Positions 48,112-56,320 of a stretch of 64,000 nucleotides of DNA are shown one piece after another; positions within the stretch are counted from its first letter, which is position 1, and every line of letters begins with the position of its first letter. Both the position numbers and the translations under genes were made by a program. This DNA comes from Alphaproteobacteria bacterium (GTDB taxonomy: Bacteria; Pseudomonadota; Alphaproteobacteria; Rs-D84): assembly GCA_017443235.1 (NCBI GenBank), contig JAFSOV010000007.1, positions 4,769-68,768 of the forward strand. The letters are read 5' to 3'. Below the pieces are notes generated by a model. It worked only from the letters and a program-made list of their open reading frames with translations. It ran no database searches and had not been told where the DNA came from.

Positions 48112-48795
48112 ATGACACGGGTAATTTGTTTTGATATCGAAACCACAGGATTTGAATACCTGCGTGGTGACCGATGCATTGAAATCGGTGCGGTCGAGGT
48201 GGTGGACGGTAAAATCACCGACAACACATTTCACGAATATATAAATCCCGAAGGCAAAATAATTCCACCCGAAACATATATGGTGCATAAAATTTCAAAT
48301 GCATTTTTGGATGACAAGCCCAAGATGTCTGTCGTTGCACCAAAATTTCTGGAATTTGTCGGCGATTCGCCAATTGTTGCGCATAACGGGTTGGACTTTG
48401 ACTTTCCGTTTGTAAATCACGAATTGGAAATGTTGGGGTTGCCACAAATTCCGCGCACGCAAATGCAGGACACTTTGGTTATCGCACGCAACCGGGTATT
48501 TGGTCCCAAAAGTTATACTTTGGATGCATTGGCAAAATGGTTTGGCGTGTCTTTGACCGCGCGTGCGGATGCGCACGGCGCATTGATAGACAGCGAAATT
48601 TTGGCCAAGGTTTATTTGGAATTGGAAAATACCGCCCCGGCACCGGAAATCGCGGATATTGTCGCCGAACAACATGCGGCATTTTTAAAGCACCCGAAAA
48701 TTGGTGGCGATTTTCCGTATCGACAATTCCCCGTGTCGGCCCAAGAAGAAAAAATTCATAATGAATTTATGGAAAAAATAAAAGTTAGTGGTTAG
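48112..48795 (+). CDS. dnaQ: DNA polymerase III subunit epsilon (3'-5' exonuclease)
   Basis: Exo I is FDIETTG, Exo II is AHNGLDFDFPF and Exo III is HGALIDSEILAKVY. The ATG at 48112 is preferred over the TTG at 48091. Confidence 0.92.
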   Translation: MTRVICFDIETTGFEYLRGDRCIEIGAVEVVDGKITDNTFHEYINPEGKIIPPETYMVHKISNAFLDDKPKMSVVAPKFLEFVGDSPIVAHNGLDFDFPFVNHELEMLGLPQIPRTQMQDTLVIARNRVFGPKSYTLDALAKWFGVSLTARADAHGALIDSEILAKVYLELENTAPAPEIADIVAEQHAAFLKHPKIGGDFPYRQFPVSAQEEKIHNEFMEKIKVSG

Positions 48796-48874
48796 TCCGT
48801 CCCGGCATCCGCTTACGCTTGCGCTACAGCGAGATATGCCGCGGCCGCGACGGGTGTTAGCGGTTAGTGGATAG
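48784..48874. repeat. Composite repeat: two direct TTAGTGG-unit arms flanking a GC-rich hairpin that contains the CGCTACAGCGAGAT motif
   Basis: The arms are gttagtggttagt (48784-48796) and gtgttagcggttagtggatag (48854-48874). Between them, ccgtcccggcat...atgccgcggccgcgacgg encloses ggcatccgcttacgcttgcgctacagcgagat, which has 3 mismatches to the 35-bp direct-repeat core. Confidence 0.8.
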
Positions 48875-49028
48875 CAAACCACAATAAAAAATCGATTCGG
48901 TCAAAAAGCACCAATTTTGATATACTATCTGGATTTCTAAGATGACTTTCTTATAATACTAGAATCATTTGACTAATTTCTTAAATTCCGCCAAAATGGA
49001 TTTGTGTTAAATTAAATGGGGGAATACT

Positions 49029-49283
49029 ATGACGCATAATGATGTATGGATGGGAATCGTGAACGTTGCACGTTGGAAAAATTTATCTTGTTCGGGTTTG
49101 GCACGATTATCCGGATTGGATTCTACGACGTTTAACAAAAGCAAGCGCACGAATCGTGACGGTTCGCCGCATTGGCCGTCAACATATACGATTGCATGCG
49201 TGTTGAACGCACTGCATATGACATTGGGTGATTTTGCAAAATTTATGCCGAACAACGGCCCGACATCCCACCAAAAGAATTAG
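49029..49283 (+). CDS. HTH DNA-binding protein, phage-repressor N-terminal-domain-like (84 aa), paralogue A
   Basis: MTHNDVW..IV..A..KNLSCSGLARLSGLDSTTFNKSKR...G.P.WPSTYTIA.VLNA. From memory this resembles the HTH half of alphaproteobacterial LexA/S24-type repressors, but no peptidase domain is present. Confidence 0.7.
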   Translation: MTHNDVWMGIVNVARWKNLSCSGLARLSGLDSTTFNKSKRTNRDGSPHWPSTYTIACVLNALHMTLGDFAKFMPNNGPTSHQKN

Positions 49284-49551
49284 TCTGGGAAATTCCGTAA
49301 AGACCAATCCGTATCGGCGTGGGCGGGCGCATTTGTCGCAGCGCCCCCAATATCGCCATTCGCATTATATGTGACCGGCCCCCGACGTTTCGGTCGGCAA
49401 ATAACTACTGGATATATCCAATTTTTTTACTTTATTTTTACAAGTTAAATTTTTTTGATACAAAAACCAACAAAATACGCGTCACAACCCACCAAATGGG
49501 ACGAACGCGCACAATTATTTCAATTTAATCAAATTAAAAAAAGAGGATACA

Positions 49552-50151
49552 ATGGCTGTAATTGGATATATTCGCGTTAGTTCTAATAAACAAACATGTG
49601 AACATCAACACTATGAAATTGAACGATTCGCACGACAAAACAGAATAAAAATAAATCGTTGGGTTGAAGAAACTATTTCGTCTAAAAAACCACTGCACAC
49701 GCGCAAACTGGGGAAATTACTAAATGAATTGCAACCCCAAGATATTTTAATTTCCTGCGAAATTTCACGATTGGGGCGATCACTGCTTGAGGTGATGCGA
49801 ATATTGGAAAATTGTTTGAGTAAAAATTGCCGTGTGTGGACGATAAAAGAAAACTATCGATTGGGCAACGATATTCAAAGCAAAGTTATGGCGTTCGCGT
49901 TCGGGTTGTCTGCGGAAATTGAACGCAACCTTATCAGTCAACGAACCAAGGCGTCTTTGGACAACCTGCGGGCACGCGGACAAAAACTGGGGCGACCATT
50001 GGCCGCGACATCAAAGAAACTGAAAATGGATAAAAACAAAATTATTGTTAGGCATATGTTGGACGCGGGACTGTCGAAATCACAAATTGCACAGAATTTC
50101 CAAATTCAAAGAATTACCCTGCGCCGATTTATGCGACGTATGGATTGGTAG
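49552..50151 (+). CDS. Small serine recombinase (resolvase/invertase family)
   Basis: 199 aa with the catalytic-Ser block VIGYIRVSSNKQ, plus ISRLGRS, ERNLISQRTKASLDNLRARGQKLGRP and a C-terminal HTH. Confidence 0.9.
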   Translation: MAVIGYIRVSSNKQTCEHQHYEIERFARQNRIKINRWVEETISSKKPLHTRKLGKLLNELQPQDILISCEISRLGRSLLEVMRILENCLSKNCRVWTIKENYRLGNDIQSKVMAFAFGLSAEIERNLISQRTKASLDNLRARGQKLGRPLAATSKKLKMDKNKIIVRHMLDAGLSKSQIAQNFQIQRITLRRFMRRMDW

Positions 50152-50162
50152 GCCGCATCGGT

Positions 50163-50414
50163 CTATCTTTCCGGGGTGGACGTGTCGTGTGATGGCATAA
50201 ATTTCACAAAATCACTCATCGTTGTACCTGTGGCGTTTAATACTTTGGCCAAACTGTACGTGGACGGCCAACGTGGTTGACCATATTTACTGAATCGTTT
50301 GCTTTTATTAAAAGTTGTTGCGTCCAGACCGGAAAACTTGGCCAAGCCCGAACAAGACATATTCTTTGACGCCGCCAATTTAACAATTGCGCGCCACAGT
50401 TCATCGTGGGTCAT
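50163..50414 (-). CDS. HTH DNA-binding protein, phage-repressor N-terminal-domain-like (83 aa), paralogue B
   Basis: About 60% identical by eye to the 49029..49283 product (MTHDELW..IV..A..KNMSCSGLAKFSGLDATTFNKSKR...G.P.WPSTYSLAKVLNA). It is in inverted orientation. Confidence 0.7.
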   Translation of the reverse strand: MTHDELWRAIVKLAASKNMSCSGLAKFSGLDATTFNKSKRFSKYGQPRWPSTYSLAKVLNATGTTMSDFVKFMPSHDTSTPER

Positions 50415-50617
50415 ACTTATCCCTCCATTTGTATAAGACTAGAATAATTTATGTTGTTCATATTATACTTGAAACATTTTCCTAGGACAAGTCTTTATAC
50501 AATGTATGTTTTCCTAAGGGACGATTTGAGTTTTTAATAAAATGTCGCGGGCGCGCCGCACTTTCAACTTGATTTTGATATAAATTAGTATATAATCGGT
50601 TTGCTCTTGAATTTATC

Positions 50618-50692
50618 GCGGGCATAGTACAAGGGCTAGTACGCAAGCCTTCCAAGCTTGATGTGCGGGTTCGAGTCCCGCTGCCCGCACCA
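50618..50692 (+). tRNA. tRNA-Gly (anticodon UCC), CCA encoded
   Basis: GCGGGCATAGTACAAGGGCTAGTACGCAAGCCTTCCAAGCTTGATGTGCGGGTTCGAGTCCCGCTGCCCGCACCA gives a clean hand-folded cloverleaf with anticodon loop CTTCCAA. Confidence 0.93.
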
Positions 50693-50804
50693 CGAATTTT
50701 CGTTATTGCGCGCATAGCGCACAATTAAGAAAATTCAGTGCCGCGGCGTAGCGAAGCGGAGACGGGCTATATCGCAAAGGCGGACATAAGTGGGAAAAAG
50801 TTCT

Positions 50805-50891
50805 GGGCGTGCGCCGGAGTTGGAGAGCCGGGGCAGACTGTAAATCTGTTGGCTTAAGCCTGAGGTGGTTCGAATCCACCCACTCCCACCA
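50805..50891 (+). tRNA. tRNA-Tyr (anticodon GUA), long variable arm, CCA encoded
   Basis: GGGCGTGCGCCGGAGTTGGAGAGCCGGGGCAGACTGTAAATCTGTTGGCTTAAGCCTGAGGTGGTTCGAATCCACCCACTCCCACCA has anticodon loop CTGTAAA and variable stem GGC/GCC. There is one C4:U69 mismatch in the acceptor stem. Confidence 0.85.
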
Positions 50892-50898
50892 AGAAATG

Positions 50899-50922
50899 CC
50901 GACCAAGTATGGTCGGTTTTTT
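50899..50922 (+). terminator. Rho-independent terminator after the tRNA-Gly/tRNA-Tyr pair
   Basis: ccgacc aagtat ggtcgg followed by tttttt. Confidence 0.8.
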
Positions 50923-51063
50923 CTTTGTCCAAACATGGCTGATTTCCGGGACGTTTTCAGGGTGTTTTGTGGTGAAAATATCTTGTATGTATATAGGGTT
51001 CGCCAAAATACGTTATTTTTCCAAAATTACATACAAAGCCGATTTTTTAACTGGAGATTCATC

Positions 51064-51933
51064 TCATATAATAAGACGCATCGCGACATTCATATCAGAA
51101 ATCCAAGGTTCTTGATTGTTATGATACAATGATAAATTGCGATCCAACTCTAGTTGTGTACTTTTGTACACAGCTTGCAATTCAACGATGTTTTGACCTT
51201 CTTTGGGGGCTATAATCTGGTTTGATATATCTTGTAGTTTTTTTACCTCATCTGTACACCAAATATGAAAGTTTTTTGAGAATTGAGCTTTTACGTTTTG
51301 CAACAATAGACTGGTGTGAAAGGATGCATACTTGTAAGCGTCTAAAATAGAGCAGTTTCCATCGCCATCAACATCTTGATTGTTGTTTTCAATAAACCAG
51401 CGAGAAAAGAAATACAGAAATATGTTTGCACACCAGGAAACTTCACTAAATTCAGCACTTAATGATTCACAAAAATTACTTGCACCAATAACACATATTT
51501 TTGATGTTGTTGGCGTATTGAAGACACCCGCAAAACACTGACCCAATAACAATAGGCCGTCAGTTAGTCCTGGAATGTTGTTTATACAGCTTAATATTTT
51601 GTTAGGATTTAATGTTGCTGCACCATCTATGTTTCCGTGTGACGACACGACACATCCTAAAAATGGTATACCAGATAATTTACCCATTTCAGTTTTAAAT
51701 TGAGATATTTCATAGACTTTATCTGTTGATATGTTTTTTAGTGCTAAAACTGATTTCAACTGCTCTACGTTATCAACAAAGAAATAAAAATTAGAATCAT
51801 TACCAGATTGTTTGGCTTTTAACTTCTCAGCAAAATTTTGTATATCAAACAAAAACCTCGGCAGATCCCTATCCATTTCAGCAATAAACACCCATACAGA
51901 ACTTTGCGCTGAAGTTTGGAGAATCTGAACCAT
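51064..51933 (-). CDS. Caspase/legumain-like (clan CD, C13-like) cysteine peptidase homologue (289 aa)
   Basis: A hydrophobic strand precedes His-Gly (FLGCVVSSHG, His99). A second strand precedes Cys (GLLLLGQCFAG, Cys133). Then come a legumain-like IGASNFCESLSA block and DVDGDGNCSILDAYKYA (a DxDGDGxxSxxEAxxY-like motif). This is motif-level evidence only. Confidence 0.5.
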   Translation of the reverse strand: MVQILQTSAQSSVWVFIAEMDRDLPRFLFDIQNFAEKLKAKQSGNDSNFYFFVDNVEQLKSVLALKNISTDKVYEISQFKTEMGKLSGIPFLGCVVSSHGNIDGAATLNPNKILSCINNIPGLTDGLLLLGQCFAGVFNTPTTSKICVIGASNFCESLSAEFSEVSWCANIFLYFFSRWFIENNNQDVDGDGNCSILDAYKYASFHTSLLLQNVKAQFSKNFHIWCTDEVKKLQDISNQIIAPKEGQNIVELQAVYKSTQLELDRNLSLYHNNQEPWISDMNVAMRLII

Positions 51934-51935
51934 AA

Positions 51936-52178
51936 TTAATCCTTTTGGAGTATAACCAAATCAGATCTATCGGCATTCTCTGGCATTTTATCAAGTGGTG
52001 GTAAAATTAACTTTCCAGTTACGTTTATTCTGAAATACAGATCGCCAACCACCATTATATATTTTGTTCCTCTATCATCAAAACCATCCTGTTGTGAATA
52101 TAACGCAATATTTCCACTCATAATTTCATTTCTTATTTGTGGCGGAAGATCTACTAATACATCATACTTTAAAATCAT
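51936..52178 (-). CDS. Hypothetical small protein (80 aa), translationally coupled to the C13-like gene
   Basis: Its stop TAA lies 2 nt before the ATG of the downstream gene. It has its own AT-rich upstream region of ~160 bp. I recognised no motif. Confidence 0.55.
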   Translation of the reverse strand: MILKYDVLVDLPPQIRNEIMSGNIALYSQQDGFDDRGTKYIMVVGDLYFRINVTGKLILPPLDKMPENADRSDLVILQKD

Positions 52179-52338
52179 ATTTGACCCTTTTGCAATGTCA
52201 TTATATCACAAATTATCCATATTTGTTATGAAATATTTAGCACATAAAAATGGAAAAATCAACTTGATAAGATACGGTTTATATACTTAACCGTCTTGAT
52301 GCAGGCATTATATCATAAAACAACATAAAAATCAAGAA

Positions 52339-53928
52339 TTAAAGCATGTTTGGCAGATTAAACAACTTATCAACACTACATTGCAACTTGCCAGACATGA
52401 TGTCATTGATAGTATGCGGGTTCATATATGCAAGTTTCAGATGTCGGTATACACTGCTTTCCGAGACATTTTCTGCTCTTGCGATTGATTTATAATCACT
52501 ATTTTTTTCATATAATTCACGATATTTAAATGCACGTGCAAATGTACGAACAATTAAATGATTATTATCAGTAATACTGATAGCACCAGATTTGCCACAG
52601 TTATATTCATTGCTTTTGTTGTATTTACTAAGAATAAATAGCTGTTCAATTATTATGGTGTCACCATTCACAATGTAATCCATTTGATTGGTTGATTCAT
52701 TTATGAAATCATCACACATAAATTGTTTCAAATCATTACTTAATTTCAAATAAAACGTCAGTTTGTTGTCGGAATAAACTACTTTATCAACAATTGTTTT
52801 TATAAATTCTCGTTTCTGCGTATACGGCAAACTTTGTACATTTACACGTTTTAACATCAATGTTATATCCGGTGGTAATTTTTGCATGTCAGAATTCAAA
52901 AAATCGATGATGGTATTCATTGCAATTTCATCAACACTAAGTGACGGAATATAAAAACCAGGTTTTGAATAGTAATATTTTATAGGTTGTCCAGATTTTC
53001 GTGTTTGTTGATTTGTGAATTTAGTACCATCTATATCAAATAATTTTCCAGTCAGTAAATTTGGTGAACCAGCATAACGATTACCTTTATGATTACCATT
53101 TCTGTTCAATGCCATTTGAACACGATTGAACAAATCTTTTTCTATGATTGCCGCATGTTCACCCTTTACAGATGTTCCACCAGATTTACAGACCATATTC
53201 CCAATATAAACTTCATCACGCAATAAATTGTGCAACGTTTGTTGATAAAATTCTGCGCCACCACGCACAACACCTTTCTTGGTTGTCCATTGCTTGTTAT
53301 GGATATTGTTTTCACGTGCGAAGCGAACTAATTCAACCACAGATTGTAATTCCAGATATTTTTCAAATAAGATTTTTACCTGTTCTGCTTCGGATTTATT
53401 AATAATCAACTTTTTATTTATTATGTCATAACCAAGTCGCGGATTACCACCAACCCAAATGCCTTTGGCTTTTGATGCACGAATTTTATCACGCACACGT
53501 TCACTGGCAACCTCGCGTTCAAACTGAGCAAATGACAGCAACATGTTCAATGTCAATTTACCCATAGAATTTGATGTGTCAAATGACTGTGTTATGGATA
53601 CAAAATTCGCACCGTATTTCTCAAAATATTTCATCATATTATGAAAGTCCAGAATTGAACGTGACAACCGGTCGACCTTATAAACAACCACTGTGTTTAC
53701 CAAACCGTGTGCCATATCGTCCAACATTTGCTTTAACGCCGGACGTTCCATAGTCCCGCCAGATATTGCCGCATCACTGTATGTTTTATAATATTGCCAA
53801 CCGTTGAATGTTTGGGACGCAATATATGCTTTGCAAGATTCTTCTTGGTTTTGCAAAGAATTGAATTCCATATCTAAACCGTGTTCGGTTGATTTGCGAA
53901 CATATATGGCACATCTATTTATCGGCAT
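52339..53928 (-). CDS. Large serine recombinase (integrase)
   Basis: 529 aa with a resolvase-type N-domain (CAIYVRKSTE catalytic Ser, VYKVDRLSRS, LSFAQFERE), followed by a recombinase domain and a long C-terminal region. Confidence 0.9.
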   Translation of the reverse strand: MPINRCAIYVRKSTEHGLDMEFNSLQNQEESCKAYIASQTFNGWQYYKTYSDAAISGGTMERPALKQMLDDMAHGLVNTVVVYKVDRLSRSILDFHNMMKYFEKYGANFVSITQSFDTSNSMGKLTLNMLLSFAQFEREVASERVRDKIRASKAKGIWVGGNPRLGYDIINKKLIINKSEAEQVKILFEKYLELQSVVELVRFARENNIHNKQWTTKKGVVRGGAEFYQQTLHNLLRDEVYIGNMVCKSGGTSVKGEHAAIIEKDLFNRVQMALNRNGNHKGNRYAGSPNLLTGKLFDIDGTKFTNQQTRKSGQPIKYYYSKPGFYIPSLSVDEIAMNTIIDFLNSDMQKLPPDITLMLKRVNVQSLPYTQKREFIKTIVDKVVYSDNKLTFYLKLSNDLKQFMCDDFINESTNQMDYIVNGDTIIIEQLFILSKYNKSNEYNCGKSGAISITDNNHLIVRTFARAFKYRELYEKNSDYKSIARAENVSESSVYRHLKLAYMNPHTINDIMSGKLQCSVDKLFNLPNML

Positions 53929-54355
53929 TTTTCGTCCTTTTGGCTATTCCAAAGAAATCTGGTCCCGATATTTTTATGCCGGTTATATCCATCGCAACTG
54001 CTGACAAAGTTCGGTATCTTTTATCGTTATACGCGAACCCGTCGTCTGTAACGACAACATTGTGTTTAATGCCACGAAATGTCTTGGTTATGGTGCTACC
54101 GATGGTTAGGTTGTATTTATTTTTATGCACCTTATCCAAACAAGCATTGGGGTTATCCTTATATTTGCGAATTTTTACCATATATTTTGGTTCTATTCGC
54201 AGTTTTAATCGGTCGCATTGAATGTAATACCACAGGGCAAAATTCTGGCGTTTGAACGGGTATTGCGAATACTTTGCCCACAATCGCCCACGTTCTGCAA
54301 ATGACAGGCGTTTTAACTCTGCCAAACTCTGCGGTAAATCAGTTTCATACGACAT
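53915..54355 (-). CDS. DUF2924-family protein (recombinase-associated)
   Basis: 146 aa. The C-terminal block GSTITKTFRGIKHNVVVTDDGFAYNDKRYRTLSAVAMDITGIKISGPDFFGI matches my recollection of DUF2924. It overlaps the recombinase start by 14 nt, which is the typical pairing. Confidence 0.7.
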   Translation of the reverse strand: MSYETDLPQSLAELKRLSFAERGRLWAKYSQYPFKRQNFALWYYIQCDRLKLRIEPKYMVKIRKYKDNPNACLDKVHKNKYNLTIGSTITKTFRGIKHNVVVTDDGFAYNDKRYRTLSAVAMDITGIKISGPDFFGIAKRTKNADK

Positions 54356-54476
54356 ATAAACTCCTTTTAACGTCGTCCAATTACCGCTCTAAAGAAGCCG
54401 AAAGTCAAGTTATTTTAAGAAAATTTCTTGAATAAATTGTATATTTATGTAGTATGTACGTCACAAGAGGTAACAA

Positions 54477-55565
54477 ATGGCATCGTTTGAAGATATACAA
54501 AATAAATTAAATGAATTACGTAGTATTATAGGAGAGATAGAACAAGTTTGGCCTACAGATCAATTAGATCAAAAAGAAAAAGTCAACGTTCTTATGCGAT
54601 TTGCAACAGATAGATTACAAAGCGAATATGTACAATTGTTGCATGTAAATGAAATTAATAATATATTTAATGCAATAAACGCTATTATTGCGGATCTTAC
54701 TAATTACAAAAATACAAAACATCCAAATTATATTCGTAATGCCGTAGCTCAAATTAATAATTTAAGAGTACAACTGAACGCGATTCCAACAAGTAGCATA
54801 AACCAAATTTCGTTAAGAAAGTTAATTGCTGAATGTTCTAAAATGAAAGATGTAAACGCGAAAACAATAGACCAATTAAGACAACAGCAAGACGATTTAA
54901 AAAGTAGAGGTGATCGGATATTAAATCAGGCAATAAATTTATTATCAAATGTTACTACTGGGGTTTTATCGAAGGAATTTGAACTAAAACGTCAAACGGA
55001 AATAGGAGGTTTGCCACAGAATTTTAAACCACTTAAATGGCTAGGCGTAAAAAAATTGGGTGTTTATCAAAAAAACACTATTGGGCTATGGTTATTATTA
55101 TTAATTATGTGTTGCATAGTTATATTTGGGGGATATCTAATTGATTATATTGTTGTTTTGGACAAACCACAAACATCATTATGGATTTATGCTTTGATAA
55201 AATTTATAGTAAGATTATCCATATTGGGACCACTAATTTGGTTAGCTATTGTGCAAAACAAAAAGATGAATTTATCAAAAAAATTAGCTGAGGAATACTG
55301 GCATAAGGAAATTATAACAAAAACATTTGTTGGATTGTCTGATCAGATTGATAAAACAACAGAAGGAGAAACGTCAAAAAAATTAAGACTAAAATTATTA
55401 GAATTGACATTAGATACAATTGCGAAAGATCCTGCAGACTGTATAGGAAACCACAATGATGCAGACAACCCCATGCATAATATTATGAAAATATCAAATA
55501 AGGGCTTGGGTAAAGTGAATGATATATTAGATATAACTAAAAAGACAAAAGAAGTTTTAGAATAA
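54477..55565 (+). CDS. Hypothetical membrane protein: N-terminal helical/coiled-coil region, 2-3 TM helices, C-terminal helical domain (362 aa)
   Basis: The TM segments are IGLWLLLLIMCCIVIFGGYLIDYIVVL and LWIYALIKFIVRLSILGPLIWLAIV. It is the first gene of a co-directional, tightly spaced four-gene block. Confidence 0.6.
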   Translation: MASFEDIQNKLNELRSIIGEIEQVWPTDQLDQKEKVNVLMRFATDRLQSEYVQLLHVNEINNIFNAINAIIADLTNYKNTKHPNYIRNAVAQINNLRVQLNAIPTSSINQISLRKLIAECSKMKDVNAKTIDQLRQQQDDLKSRGDRILNQAINLLSNVTTGVLSKEFELKRQTEIGGLPQNFKPLKWLGVKKLGVYQKNTIGLWLLLLIMCCIVIFGGYLIDYIVVLDKPQTSLWIYALIKFIVRLSILGPLIWLAIVQNKKMNLSKKLAEEYWHKEIITKTFVGLSDQIDKTTEGETSKKLRLKLLELTLDTIAKDPADCIGNHNDADNPMHNIMKISNKGLGKVNDILDITKKTKEVLE

Positions 55566-55581
55566 ATTAATTAGGCTAATA

Positions 55582-55863
55582 ATGATAAAATCGTTTAATT
55601 GTCGTGAGACAGAAAAGATTTTCAACGGCAAGTGTTCTAAGGACTTTCCTGCAGATATTCAGTCTAGAGCATTTAAGAAATTAAGCATGATTAATGCGTC
55701 TGAAAAGGTGGAAGATTTACGTCTTCCGCCATCAAATCATCTTGAAAAGTTGTCAGGAGATCGTAAGGGGCAATGGAGTATTCGTATAAACGGTAAGTAT
55801 AGAATATGTTTTACTTGGACCGAGAAAGAAGCAAATAATGTGGAGATAGTAGAATATCATTAA
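55582..55863 (+). CDS. higB: HigB-type toxin (RelE/ParE superfamily, plasmid maintenance system killer)
   Basis: 93 aa containing IKSF....TEKIF.G......P.......A.KKL..I and LRLPPSNHLEKLSGDRKGQWSIRINGKYRICFTW, which is the classic HigB pattern. Confidence 0.85.
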   Translation: MIKSFNCRETEKIFNGKCSKDFPADIQSRAFKKLSMINASEKVEDLRLPPSNHLEKLSGDRKGQWSIRINGKYRICFTWTEKEANNVEIVEYH

Positions 55864-55870
55864 ATAATAC

Positions 55871-55899
55871 TTGACTTTTCTTATTATCTATTACATAAT
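55871..55899 (+). promoter_or_regulatory. Sigma70-like promoter candidate in front of higA
   Basis: ttgact (55871-55876), a 17-nt spacer, then cataat (55894-55899). Confidence 0.35.
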
Positions 55900-55923
55900 A
55901 CATAATAAAAGAATAGGTAAGCT

Positions 55924-56265
55924 ATGTCTAACTATATTGATATTGAACATGTTGGTACTATTTTAAAAGAAGAATTCATGGAACCTTTGGGGTTGTCCAT
56001 GAATGCTTTGGCGCGTGCAATAGACGTTCCTGCTAATTATATTCATGGAATAGTTCACGGTACGCGGGGTATATCTGCAATGTTAGATTTACGTTTAACT
56101 CATTATTTTGGATTGTCTCAAGGATATTTTCTGCGTATTCAGACACATTATGATATGGTGTTGGCTTCTCGTAATATAACAAGTAAAGAATTAGCGAAAA
56201 TTATACCTTTTAGACCATTAGACAGTCGTCCTGCTAACGATGATTTTAAACGGATAGCGATGTAA
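55924..56265 (+). CDS. higA: HigA-type antitoxin (XRE-family HTH)
   Basis: 113 aa containing ILKEEFMEPLGLSMNALARAIDVPANYIHGIVHGTRGISAMLDLRLTHYFGLSQGYFLRIQTHYD. It follows higB in the toxin-first order typical of HigBA. Confidence 0.85.
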   Translation: MSNYIDIEHVGTILKEEFMEPLGLSMNALARAIDVPANYIHGIVHGTRGISAMLDLRLTHYFGLSQGYFLRIQTHYDMVLASRNITSKELAKIIPFRPLDSRPANDDFKRIAM

Positions 56266-56320
56266 ATATTTCCTTCAAAAGTCTAATTGTATGATAATAT
56301 CCTCCTAAAAGGAGACGTTT

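Noticed and set aside
49552-50151. Resolvase considered as part of a Tn3-family transposon or IS
   Set aside because: No transposase ORF or terminal inverted repeats are visible in the surrounding 3 kb. Only the two HTH genes flank it.
50482-50936. Minus-strand ORFs of 65-80 aa
   Set aside because: They overlap tRNA-Gly and tRNA-Tyr and their spacer, so they are artefacts of GC-rich tRNA sequence.
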